This document shows, one piece after another, positions 1 to 11,759 of a stretch of DNA of 64,000 bases (position 1 is its first letter; each line of letters begins with the position of its first letter). A program made the position numbers and the translations under genes. The notes beneath the pieces are model-generated. The model saw nothing but the letters and a program-made list of their open reading frames with translations. It was not told the origin of the DNA and searched no databases. Source of the DNA: Lama guanicoe (lineage: Eukaryota); assembly GCA_013239625.1 (NCBI GenBank), contig MU053561.1:4031992-4095991 (forward strand), given 5' to 3'.

Positions 1-1982
1 TTAGGACCTACTACAGGCCAGGCACTGTACACAGCCCCAGAAAGATGTAAATTCAAAGGGCACAGCTTCTAAAGCACTCTCAGGGAGACAGACACGTGAA
101 AGATTATACACAGCATGAGGAGAGGTGAGAAGGTTGTGCACAAACAGAAGACAAGGGAATGCACGCTGAGGGGTGGAGTGACTAGCTGTGCAGGTGGATG
201 AGGCTCAGCTCTGTCCTCCAGGACCTTGCGGCCAGTGGCGGGACAGGCTGAAGTCACTGGGCTTAAAAAGAAGCCTGACAGGTCAAACAATGAGCTATGA
301 GGTGATATGGATGGAGTCAGCTCTGAGAGTGAATAAGCAGCAATCTAAGTGAAGAAAACAACGTCCTTGGCCACAGAACATTGGAATGACTCAGAATTAA
401 ATAAGTGTGTGATCACCTATTTAATCCTAATAACAACCCTGTGGAATAGTGTTTATTGCCTGCTTTTTATCAGTGAGGAAACCAGGGCTCAGAAAGATTA
501 CATGACTTTTTTCTGCTAACAAGTAGCGGGGCCAGGAATCCAAACAAGGTTTGGATCCAGTGCAGAGTTCTTTTCATGGCACTGATTTAGTAGGAGAGAA
601 CACACACACACTTCTGAAGTTGAGAATGAGAAGAGATGGCTTTTGGTTGGGACAATCTGAGAAGGCCTCAAGGAGGAGGTGGTGCCTGTGCCAGGCTGGA
701 AAAATGGGCAGGGAGCAGAAATGACTGGAGCTGTGGGGAGAGAGATGGGAAGGGACAGAATTGAAAGTTTAGCACCCTTTCTAGGGGATGACTCTAACCC
801 TACCAGGAAGATCTGGGAAGCTTTCCAGAGGAGGTGATATCTGATGTAGATGTGTAGGTGTGCATAGGAGCTCACTGGAAGCGAGCTCAAGAACACTCGT
901 CTCCCAGCTAGTTAACCTGGGGGAGGTCACTGGTCAACAAGTACAGTGCAGTGCAGAGCCCCGTCTGGCACATGCTCAGGAAGGGGCTGCACAACCTTGT
1001 GGGGTCAGATGGGTTTATGCCATTTGGTCTCTTTTCATGAATGATCATATGGTTCTTTTTAATTAAAAAGAAACATTTAAGAATAAAAGAGAAAGTGGGC
1101 GAGGAAGGAAGGACGGAACGGTATTCTGGCTTAGTAAGGGGTCAGGTTTGGATTCTATTTCTGGTCTAGTTTTTGTTTGTAACTTTAGGCCTGTCAGTTA
1201 ATCTCCTGTGGATCGCTTTCCTTGCATTTCAAAGAGAGATGATAATCCTAACCTAACTCACAGACTAATGAGACACTAGAAGTAAACTCACTTGAAAAGT
1301 TGAAAAACCTCACCCACATAAAGAGGAACCATTATCAGTATCACATGTATATGCGGGAACTAGAGGCTGAATAGATGGACTGGCTAAGATGGTCCCAGAG
1401 CTATACACATTTTTTTTTTCTCCCCAAAATGATGCTTCATGGATTTTCAGTCACCAGATCTCAGAGCTAACCCAGTGCTGCTGGCTGAAGAGGGTGTGTT
1501 CAGTGCTGAGGCTTCAAGATAGGTCCCCAGCAGCCCTTCCCACTGCCCTCCCAGAGGAGTCAAGCCTCCGGGCAGGACACAGTGCTGGGAGAGGTGTCAA
1601 ACTCACCCCCTGGCCGTCTCAGTGCCAACACTACATGCATATACCTCCTGCCCACAGGCAGAGAACTCAAACAATTCTGTAAACAGCACTGCCAGGTCAT
1701 ACCACGTCACAGGGTAGAATTTCAGGGGCTCTGTTCCATCCCGTGTTTGGGATGCGCAGACATCTGGGTTGTCTGAGCCAGCTCTGTTTATGCCTGTCAT
1801 CCCAGTGTAACTGTTGTAGCATCGCCTTTCACTCTCAGAAGTGTCCCAGTTTGAATGGTCAATTCCAGGATCACCTTGCCCTTAGCCACCAGGGGCACCT
1901 CCTTGTCATCCTCTTAGAGATCAACTCTGAGGGACCCAGAAACTGCCTTTGTCCAACACTCAGCACTCCGTGGAATAATCCT

Positions 1983-2001
1983 CGTTTCTGTTTCATTCCA
2001 G
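1983..2001 (+). other. NGF: Splice acceptor of the NGF last exon
   Basis: Pyrimidine tract cgtttctgtttcattccAG directly before GTGCATAGCGTAATG, the known start of the NGF coding exon; 1-2001 is therefore intronic. Confidence 0.92.
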
Positions 2002-2013
2002 GTGCATAGCGTA

Positions 2014-2742
2014 ATGTCCATGTTGTTCTACACTCTGATCACAGCTCTTTTGATCGGCATACAGGCAGAACCACACACCAAGAGCAATGTCCCAGCAGGA
2101 CACGACGTCCCCCAAGCCCACTGGACTAAACTTCAGCATTCTCTTGACACAGCCCTCCGCAGAGCCCACAGTGCCCCAGCTGGGGCGATAGCCGCCAGGG
2201 TGGCAGGGCAGACCCGCAACATCACCGTGGACCCCAAACTTTTTAAAAAGAGGCGACTGCGTTCACCCCGCGTGCTGTTCAGCACCCAGCCCCCACCCGT
2301 GGCTGCAGACACTCAGGATCTGGACTTGGAGGCCAATCGTGCTGCCTCCTTCAACAGGACTCACAGGAGCAAGCGGTCGGCACCATCCCATCCCATCTTC
2401 CACCGGGGGGAGTTCTCTGTGTGCGACAGCGTCAGCGTGTGGGTCGCGGACAAGACCACCGCCACGGACATCAAGGGCAAGGAGGTGATGGTGCTGGGAG
2501 AGGTGAACATTAACAACAGTGTATTCAAACAGTACTTTTTTGAGACCAAGTGCCGGGACCCCAATCCCGACGAGAGCGGGTGCCGAGGCATCGACTCGAA
2601 GCACTGGAACTCGTATTGTACCACAACCCACACCTTCGTCAGGGCGCTGACCATGGATGGCAAGCAGGCTGCCTGGCGGTTTATTCGGATCGACACAGCC
2701 TGTGTGTGTGTGCTCAGCAGGAAGGCGGGGAGAAGAGCCTGA
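2014..2742 (+). CDS. NGF: Nerve growth factor beta, prepro-NGF (242 aa), terminal coding exon
   Basis: Signal peptide [18 protein letters not shown]; pro-domain with NIT and NRT glycosylation sequons; furin site RSKR (2365-2376); mature domain from 2377 ([22 protein letters not shown]...[13 protein letters not shown]...[14 protein letters not shown]) with six cystine-knot Cys. The ORF-track start at 2002 is a GTG at the exon edge; the first ATG is 2014. Confidence 0.99.
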   Translation: MSMLFYTLITALLIGIQAEPHTKSNVPAGHDVPQAHWTKLQHSLDTALRRAHSAPAGAIAARVAGQTRNITVDPKLFKKRRLRSPRVLFSTQPPPVAADTQDLDLEANRAASFNRTHRSKRSAPSHPIFHRGEFSVCDSVSVWVADKTTATDIKGKEVMVLGEVNINNSVFKQYFFETKCRDPNPDESGCRGIDSKHWNSYCTTTHTFVRALTMDGKQAAWRFIRIDTACVCVLSRKAGRRA

Positions 2743-2901
2743 CCTGCACGACAGCCCCCACCCTCCCCAGCTCCCCACCCACACTCTCCTGCGCCCCTCC
2801 CTACCTCAACCTGTAAATTATTTTAAATTATAAAAACTGCATGGTAATTTATAGTTTATACAGTTTTAAAAAAATCATTATTTATTAAATTTTTGGAAGC
2901 A
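2743..2901 (+). other. NGF: NGF 3' UTR (C-rich part, then AU-rich part)
   Basis: C-rich 2752-2805, AU-rich 2813-2895 with ATTTA at 2847 and 2880; resembles the short mammalian NGF 3' UTR ending near ...ttttggaagca. Confidence 0.85.
2884..2889 (+). terminator. Polyadenylation signal (ATTAAA variant)
   Basis: ATTAAA ~12 nt before a CA (2900-2901), followed by GT-rich tgtgtg downstream element. Confidence 0.8.
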
Positions 2902-4175
2902 GCCTGTGTGCCAGCCCTCCAGTCATTCTGTCTGGTGTGACTATCCGCCAGTCCTGGGACGGGTGCTGTGGGGAGAATGGTCCTCAGCATCCACTGGCTC
3001 CCTCTCGGGGCCACCTGTAACCCTCACACTCCCAACCCCCACAGCCCGCCCTGCAACTTCAGGGAAGGCTAACTGGGTTCAGATATTAGCCTAAGCCAGG
3101 CGTGATTAGGAAGGGAAATCGGCTGGATTGCAACTTTGTTCTGCATTCCAGAGGCAAAGCTACGTAATCCTTGGATTACCTGCCCCACAGCCTGGGTCTG
3201 TGAGCCTTGATTGCTTCACTCCAGGAAGCTTGTGGAGTCTCATCAGAAGGCAGATCCCTGCTGGGCACAGGGCTGCCCCGACCTCAGAGAGGCCCAGGCT
3301 GGGTCCTGGAGGGACTCACTAGATAGCTAGGAGGAGACTTATACCAAAGACCTGCGAGGCTGGCCCGTTTTTTCAGGGGGAGATCTGCTTTTTGCTGAAA
3401 AGCTCTCTGAAAGAGTTGTAACAAAATAATCCCATGAGGCCTGTCACGGTAGATCTGATTTCATGTTAAGATTGCCTTAGTTCTAACGGCTGGCCCTCAA
3501 TTTATCCCCCAGTGGCTTCCTGCAGAAAGACTTGATTACCCAAGAAAACATAAAGGCCTCCAACACTCTTGCCACCCATTAACGGCCCCACAGCAACTTC
3601 CAATGGCCCCAGCGTGGGCCTAGAATCGGAGAAGACAGAGACAGGGCAGAAAAGAACTTTTTTATTCCTAACTGAGTGATTGTCACAAGTGGCCAAAGGT
3701 GGATGGGGTCATGGGATCTGTGGGGGGGGGGTGACATGGATGAGAAAAGGCAAAGATGAGTGAGAACCAACAACCGGGGAAGGGGAGAGGAGAGGTGGAC
3801 CAAGCCAGAAGGGAACTCGACTTTCTGCTCCTCCCCAGACGGAGGACACTAAACAAGGGAGAGACAGGCGAGCAGAGGACAGGGAGCACAGAGCAGAAAG
3901 AGGTGGAAGGTGTGTCATCTACCACCATCAGCATCCCTGGGCCTCCAAGAAATCCAGTACCCTGGGCAGTTTCCCCTTTTCTGAGAAGGCGTGGGGGGAG
4001 GGGATTCTCACCAACATCGACTGTATCAGTGGAGTCTTAAAGCTGGAGGTTACAGGGACTCCAGGGTACAGTCTGCAGCAGCGCTAAGCTGCTACCTTCC
4101 CCTGCAACATTTTTATTTGTGTTTTGTTTTGTCCTTTGTATTTTCCCGGAAGGCACAAGTCCCGCTCCTACCCCA

Positions 4176-4176
<1 letters not shown>

Positions 4177-4214
<38 letters not shown>
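4177..4214. repeat. (CA)n microsatellite
   Basis: Perfect CA run. Confidence 0.97.
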
Positions 4215-4223
<9 letters not shown>

Positions 4224-4555
4224 CACTTAAGCACTTACAATGAGATGGAAATTGTGCTTTCCTACCCACACCCTTCCCCCCAGGGTAAATGCCTTACTCT
4301 AGTTTTTGTAAGAACAGGTCCAAATTGTCCCTCTGATAAAAAAAAAAAGCAAACGGTGGTATTCATTCATCTGTAACTCCCCCGTTCCACTGCCCAGCCC
4401 CCTACAACCCAATCCAAACAGGGCAAATTAGAAACATAGAGAGCTCTGGCATGAGAGACATTTGATTAGGGTGAAAGCACGATGAAATGGACCCTGCTTT
4501 TCCTATCAAAGCCACTGCAATTGGAATAAAGATTTATGTTCGAGAAACACCAACC

Positions 4556-4570
4556 AGAACATTCTGTGCT
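4556..4570. promoter_or_regulatory. Candidate androgen/glucocorticoid/progesterone response element
   Basis: AGAACAttcTGTGCT, 11/12 match to AGAACAnnnTGTTCT. Motif match only. Confidence 0.35.
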
Positions 4571-4999
4571 GAGATACTTGGTCAGATAAAGGTTGTGGGG
4601 AGAGAGCCCTCCCGCTGACCTGTGTCTGTGGCTTTTTCCTGGGCTCCAGTGCCAGTGGCCTCGGCCTTCCTGGCCCCTCCTACAAACAAGTCCTGGGGGC
4701 CCTTCCTCTTAAGGCTGGACAGGCTACTGGGTCCTGGATGTGGGGAGACAGGGCTGCTGGGGAGGTACTCAGGAAGCTTCTGTGGGGACAGCGTCATTTG
4801 TGAGCAGCTACACAGTCATGGAGAGTCTGGAGAGCTACTGCCAACCCTGCAGGACACTGGGGCATCTGAAACATGACTTGGACCCCCCTGCCCGCCTGGA
4901 GGGAAGGCGGCTTCGAACTGTTGAGGAAGGACGGAAGGAGGGTGGGGTAGGAGGTGGTCCCCCTCTCCCCACTAACACTGTAGTCTTCCCCAAAGGCAA

Positions 5000-5620
5000 C
5001 ATTTGCTCGAGGCTGAGCTCTGGAGTCGCAGCGTGGGAGCCAAAGTTTTCACACCATGCATGGGATATCAGCTTGGCTGAACAGAGTCGGAGCAGTCCAA
5101 AAACAACCCAGAGCCTGGTGGCTTCTACAGCTTGTCCCCTGCCCCCCACACGGCGGGGAGCTGTGGCTTCCAGACCCACCTCGGCTGCCCCGAGAGGCCG
5201 GCCTGGGTCACCAGGGCCCCAGACCCTTGAACACGTTGGAAAAACAGCTCAAAACTGCCGGTTCTATTCTGCTGAGGAGCAGCAGCTGCAAATCCCGCAA
5301 GCTTTCCCTTCAGTGGCCTCACTTCCCAGGGTTCCCCACAGCCCAGCTCCCTCTCCCTCGGCAGCTTCCTTCCCGAAGCCCCTCCGACTGCGCGCCTGCC
5401 TGCCTGCCCGCCCCAGTAACAAGGGCAGCCCGGGGCTCTCCGCAGTCTGACGCGGCCCCCCAGCCCTCGTACAACACTTGTGCCCCCTCAGCTCGAGGCA
5501 AAACTCCTGGTTCTGGGAGACAAGAGCAACATGGTGCCTGGTTCTAGTTTCTGTTTCAAGTCTGGCCCTCTGAACACCCCGCTACCTCAGCCACTGCACC
5601 AGCCTCCCCTCGATGTGCAG
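5000..5620. promoter_or_regulatory. CpG/GC-rich island-like region, candidate promoter or enhancer
   Basis: About 26 CpGs counted by eye in ~620 bp, densest at 5140-5500; no repeat recognised. Confidence 0.55.
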
Positions 5621-8600
5621 CAGTTCCCTCCTAACAGAAAACCTACATGGGGAGACAAATGTTCAGCAACAACCAAACAACTATTTCCATTCCCTTGAAA
5701 CATGGGAATGTTCCTCCTAAGTCTCATCATTTTCCCCTCAACGTAATCGCATTAGGGGAAGGGGGTTGGCTAAGACCTGGAGCACAGAGGACAGAGTGGC
5801 AGGGTCTGTGTTCTCCTCTCCCTGGAGAAAGGGGACAGTGAGGCAGGGGAGCAGACCTGCCTGGGGGTGAGAGCTCTCCAGAGCTCAGGGGCCCAACCCA
5901 GCAGTGACCTCGGTCTGTCTTTCCCAGGCCTGCAAGGAGCAGTGGGAGCCCCTGGGGCCCTGGTGCAGAGGAAGCAGCCCAGTGTGACGGGAGGAACACT
6001 GGGCTTAGCGTCAGCTGAGCTAGGTTCTAGGCCCAGCTCCCCGATTCCCGTCTGGGCAGCATTGGCAAGCTCCTCTTTGACCTTAGTTCCTGCAGCTGTG
6101 AAATGAAAATAATCATTCCAAATCCCAGAGTTGTAAGCATGAAGCAAAACTATGTTTTTGAAAGTACAGTCGTGTCCTATGCAAATGTAAGGCAAACTAA
6201 TTTGCTCTAAACTGTCAGTGGTAGGAGAGTAGCAGCTATGCAGGGGCTTACTAAATATTTGTTTATTGGCAGATGTAGAGCTTGGGTAAAGGAAATCTGG
6301 TCAGTGGACATCCTGGAATACAGGTGTGGCATAGCCAGTCTCAGAAGGGTAAGAGCAAGAACAGCACCTCTTCAGCCTCAGATTCTGCTTGAATCTGGGC
6401 TCAGGAAGGCCGCCAGGATTCTAGAGGTTCTACCGTCAGAGCTCGGGCTTTGGAATCAGACAAGCGAGGTACTTCTACTTAGACTGTGTGACCTTAGGCA
6501 AGATGCTCTGTTTTGCTTCTCTGAGTTTCAACTTCTTCATCTGTAAAATAGGGATGATTTTATATATATATAGTACCTGGCACCTAAGAAGTGTATAATG
6601 AATTTCAGTTTTGAAAAGCAGAGTTGGCTGAGAAAGCCTGAAATGTTGTTAGAACAGGGTGCATAGCTTTCAACAAGGCAAGGAGGTTTGTGAACAGCAG
6701 CTTTACAGAGGCACTGCAGGCTCCTTCTGTGACAAGCAACGCTGATGGTGACTGTTAGCATTTACTAAGAGCTTGCCCTAGGCCAGCACTACGCAGTTCA
6801 CGTGCATCAGCTCTGGGTTCTGAAACTAAGACCACTTTAAGGAGAGCACCTGAAGGCTGGGTTTTCTGTTTGCATGCATCCCTGCCAGAGAACTGCCCTG
6901 TGGCTCTCTGGGATGTGTTTACTCCCCCAGCCCTTGGCACATTCATAAACCATCGGCTTTGAGAGTTTCCACGAGTCAAGCACGTGGGCTCTCTTTTGCC
7001 TCCATTCACTTGGGTCTGCAACTGAAAAGCTCTGGTCTTCTCAGAGTTCACCTGGGTTTGTGGAGATGACTCCGGGGGCCCAGGGCCAAGATGAAGTTGG
7101 GCAGTGGGGGCGGGGGCGGGCCCTCCCCCAGGTCTCCTGAGGAGAAGCCCTTCAACCCAAGGGCTGCTCTTTACAATCCAAGAAGTGCTCTTTCTGTGTC
7201 CCCTCCGCACCTGGCCGAATCTTGGATGTGGCAGGCACTGAACCACTGTCTTAGGATAAAGACAGAAGTTAGTTTCCTTCTTTTTTCGCCTCCCAGTCTT
7301 TGCCTGCCCTGTGTCAGCAGTAAATGAGTGAATGGTATGAGTTGAAGGCAAGGACCTTCCGGAGCCACTGCATGGAAGCCATTGGAACAGCTTTCTGGGG
7401 TTGGTGTCATGACACAGCGCATGATCAGACCGCCACAGTCAAACCCTGGCCTGAGTAATAGCAGACAAACTGCCTTCTCCCTCTGCACCTCAGTTTTCTT
7501 ATACGGAAAATGTGGATGGTTATGATGATGATAACATCTACTTTGTCGAGTTGTAAGGCTCTTAGTCCAGTGCTTGGCACATGGTAATTTCTTGTATATG
7601 AAACATATGTAAATACACACACAGCTATATACACTGCATGCCCACATATAGACACAGTACACAAATACACACAGAGCCCCCGAGAGCTATGAAACAGCCA
7701 GGAAGTGTACATTCTACACTTGTATGCACCCACACACTGACTTAAAAACACAGAGCAACAGATGAACTAGTGCAAATAAACCTTCTGAACGATGAGCACC
7801 ATGATGAGAAGAAGCAATCAGGTGGAAAGAGTAAACCCGGAAAGACTTCCCGAAGGAAACAGCTTCTGAACTGTGTTTTCACAAAGAAGTTGAGTGAAAT
7901 TATTGTTTGTGCTGGGACTTTCAGATTTACAAACAAGGTACAACCCAAAGAAGAGGTTGCTCAGCTTTGGATGGGAAAGAGAGAAGCACCGCCCCTAGTC
8001 TCTCACCTCGTTCTGAGCTACAAACTGGCAAAGGAATCAGCTTCTCCTGCAAATACAGACTTTGGAGAAACTCAGAGAATAACAGTGTCAAGTCCTGTGG
8101 GTGGACACAAGGTCCCCGTATGCTGTCCTTAGAATCTTTGTGTTCAACCAAATGCCAAAGGGCTGTTCAAACAGCTTCTGAAGGTGGGGTTTCCTCCAGC
8201 CTTATCAACGGGCTCTCCTTGACCCTCAAAATAAGCAGGAAAAAGAGAAGCCCTCAGAGCGGGCACTGTGCACGCCTGGCTCCAGGGGCGGACTCGGGAT
8301 GGAGGCCAGCTCGACGCCCGGGCTGACAGTCTGTGCCACAGCTACGTGCGGTCTCCAGCCTAGCGGCTTCTCCCCCTTTATCTTGCCCTCACCATTCCTT
8401 TCACTTTGACATAATGAAAGTGCAACTTGCACACTGACTGGAGATTGCATATAATAATTGGAAACATGTGTCCGAGCTGGCATCCCTTCAAAGGACTTTG
8501 GAACTCGGACTTGGGCTGTCTTCTGATTGCAATAGCAATCTCCCGAGCTGGCTCTCCAGCCTTTACATTCCTTCAGCTGCACCTTAGCGTTAACTCTTGC

Positions 8601-9304
8601 CAGGATAAGGCTGCTGCAAGCAGAGCTCATTCCTAATGTTCTGCAGGGGCTGGCAGTGATGAGTCCCAAGCACACAGCAGGGCTCTGGACTTGGCTGCCA
8701 GGCAGGAACTTTTCAGCAGCAATAGCGAGAATCAGCAGGTCCATTTTCCTTTTTGTAGAAATGGCTCGACACCCAAGTAGGAGCCTGGGTCTTCCAGGGC
8801 ACTGCCTGGACTCTCAAGGGATATGATGCTGGTTCCTCTCTGATCCAGCAGGGTGGTTTTTACTGAAGAAAATACCGAAATGCCTTTATCTCAGCAGGAA
8901 ACTCCTGAGGGAAAGGCAGAATCAATGACTACTCTCCACTACAATCACCTGAGCCGTGTGACTGACAGCAGAGGCTGAGGGGACCTGTTCAGTTCAGCAG
9001 GGACCGACTGCACATCCCTGCACATCAGGCGCCAGGCTAGGCCCTGAGTAGACAGAGGATAAGAGGAGCCCCCTGTCCTCCAGGCCCCACTGTGGATCTT
9101 TGTCTTTCTTCCGGCTTTTATTCTAGATGTATCTGCATACCACATGCCCAGAGCACCTGGAGGCAGGCAGCAATCACCCTGCCCCCTCGCCTTGGCCTCC
9201 ACTTGCTTGTTCCTGACCTGCTCTCACTCCCATCTCATCCCTAATGAGCTCCAAACTCTTGGCCCCATGCCTTTGCCCCTGACCCTGCCCTGGGTTCTCC
9301 AGGG

Positions 9305-9452
9305 AAGTGCTTCTCGAACTTCAATGTTCACCTGAGTCCCATGGGAATCTGATTCAATATGTAGGAAATGGGAGATTGAGATCCTGAATTTCTAACAAGC
9401 CCCCAGGTGATGCTCCTGATACCACACTTGGGGACCACACATTTGAGTAGCA
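9305..9452. mobile_element. MER5-like hAT-Charlie MITE
   Basis: gtgcttctcgaactt ... tttctaacaagcccccaggtgatgct ... gggaccacacatttgagtagc motifs. Confidence 0.65.
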
Positions 9453-11581
9453 GGTCATAGATCACACACGGCCTCCCCGTGGTACAGACCTCAGTTCCCA
9501 CTTGAAACTTTGACCAGACTCATCTCCTTGGTTCTCAGAGTCCAAACTCCTTGAGTACAACAGTCCTGGCTCTGCTCCAGCCACTGGGAATCCAACCTCT
9601 GCCTTAGGCTCCTGGGCTACGAGGTCAGTGCTGCCGTCCTCCCTTGATGGGAAGAAGTCAGAAAGGGGCAGACCTCACTTATATAATCCCAGGGAGAGCA
9701 TGGTGGGAGCTACAATCAAGTCTCAAGGAGGTGGAAACTCATCCCAGAGGGAGGCCCCAGGGGGAGACAGGGTCGCATGGGTCAGGCCTTGAAGGTGTAT
9801 TTGGTAGCTAGACAGGAGAGAAAGACATGATCCACCCAGCATCGGGCTTGGTCCTAGTTGTGAAAAAGAATCTGGGACAAGCAAAGCACCACAATGGAGG
9901 CCTGATGCAGAGTCTTTCCCTCTCAAATCTGAGCAAGCTTCCTCTCCTCTCTGACCCTCGGTTTCTTCCTCTTGATAACAGAGGGATGAAAAGTCATTCT
10001 CATCAGTCCACACTGTGGACTGTTCTGAAACTTCCCAGAGGGGCCATTTTTACTGCACCCAGGACAGTTTACATAACACTTGATGTAACTATCACCAATG
10101 GCTGTAAAAATGAAAAATGTCACAGCTAAATGTGTAAAACAAGTAGCTCCCATCGGCCTCAGAGTTTGTCTCCCTTCAGCTTTAAGTAGATGAATTCATA
10201 GCCAAACCAAAGTGGGAGTCACTTGAAGCATTTGGAAACCTCAAAGCAGATCCCCTGATGGCCATATGTGGAGTTCCCACCCTTAAAGGGCAGTATACAG
10301 TTTATTTACAGTTTGTTATATTTGAAGAATGTCACTTAAAAATAACAACCAGTTCTATTCCTTCTCTCTTGAGTTGGCCCCTTTCTGGATCTACAATGGT
10401 TGCTGCTGCTATTACAATCTCTCTTTTATCCATTAAGTAAAAATTCTGTCTTCTGAGTAAAATATCATGGACACACCGAAGAAATGAGGCTTTCAATAGC
10501 CCTAACAGAGGCTTTGCTGGAAAAAATTGTGAAAAATTCAGGCTACCTGAAGTTTATCAGGACAGATAGCCAGTTAGTTCTCTCTGGATTAATACCTGTT
10601 GGAGGCAATAAAATCAAAGTGAATGTTGTATATGTATTCCAGACATCATATATTTAGGTAACTCAGTGAAGTTCTTTGGTTTACATCTAGGTACTTGGTG
10701 CTACAGATTTTCAGCTTCAGTTGGTAAATATACATTTATCTCTAGAAAATATCTTGTTTTAGAGATTGTTTGAAGGTTGTTTTGTTTTTGTTTTACAACA
10801 TGATTCTATACAGAACACAAGCCAGAAGATGGAAATGTGGGCAAAGTTCCCTCTAAATCAGTCTTGCTCACTTACGCCAGCAGCTGATGGATTCAGTACA
10901 GCCAAGGATTTCAGCTGGGAAAGCTATCCATTTGCTGCTGATTTTCTTTTTCTGGATTTACCTTTCACTTGGGTCATTTTCCTGATTTGTCTCCACATGT
11001 TCCAGGAAGCCATCCCTCTGAGCCTCCTGTTAGACAAGACTTCTTCTCCACTGAGAAATCACACTGGCATAAGATTCATGGCTGGGGAAAGTGATGATAG
11101 GACACAGGTCTATGAGCAAGAGGGCCCAACATACATTAAAGGGTTTGGATGACTCGTGGTGACAGAACTTGAAACTCTACTCATTCAGAGATTTACTTTA
11201 CATAGACTTTAATCATGGCTTTATTGGGTTGTGGTTTGTGTGTACTTGGTGAGTCACAGAGATTTTTGGGAGGAAAAAGCTTTTCAGTTTTCTTATTCAT
11301 TATAAAAGGCTTTGTCCTATGTAAAGCAATAAAGATGAAATGGAAATGGAATATTGAGATCCCAGTCGAATGAGGGGAGAGTGTTTGAGAAAGAAAGGCA
11401 ATGTTTAAATCTGAATCCTGACTGTGCCACTGAATGAAGAGGGTTCTCAGCCTGGCGACATGTGCAGACCATCTGGACTATGGGGTGGATCAAAGAACTG
11501 TTTTCTTTTAACAAAGATACTATGCACAGTTCAGGTGGCAAATAGTGATAGGCAGGGGAACACACTGAGCTCCACGGCCCT

Positions 11582-11584
<3 letters not shown>

Positions 11585-11636
<52 letters not shown>

Positions 11637-11669
11637 TNNNNNNNNNNNNNNNNNNAAAAAAAAAAAAAA
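11585..11669. repeat. (CA)n microsatellite, assembly gap (N 11638-11655) and A-run
   Basis: Seen directly. Confidence 0.97.
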
Positions 11670-11759
11670 CCTACCCCATTAGTTCACATTGATCCAAACT
11701 CCTAATCTACTGGTTTCTTTTGTTTTGTTTTTCTAAGAATTTATATTTTGGAAGGGGAG

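Noticed and set aside
1886..1898. CTCF-like CCACCAGGGGCAC
   Set aside because: One base short of the CCASYAGRKGGC core spacing.
2263..2784. 173-aa and 111-aa minus-strand ORFs and an 88-aa alternative-frame ORF over NGF
   Set aside because: Shadow ORFs of a GC-rich coding exon; no recognisable protein.
4740..5547. 236-aa and 163-aa ORFs
   Set aside because: Lie in GC-rich DNA where stops are rare; Pro/Ser/Arg-rich and without recognisable homology.
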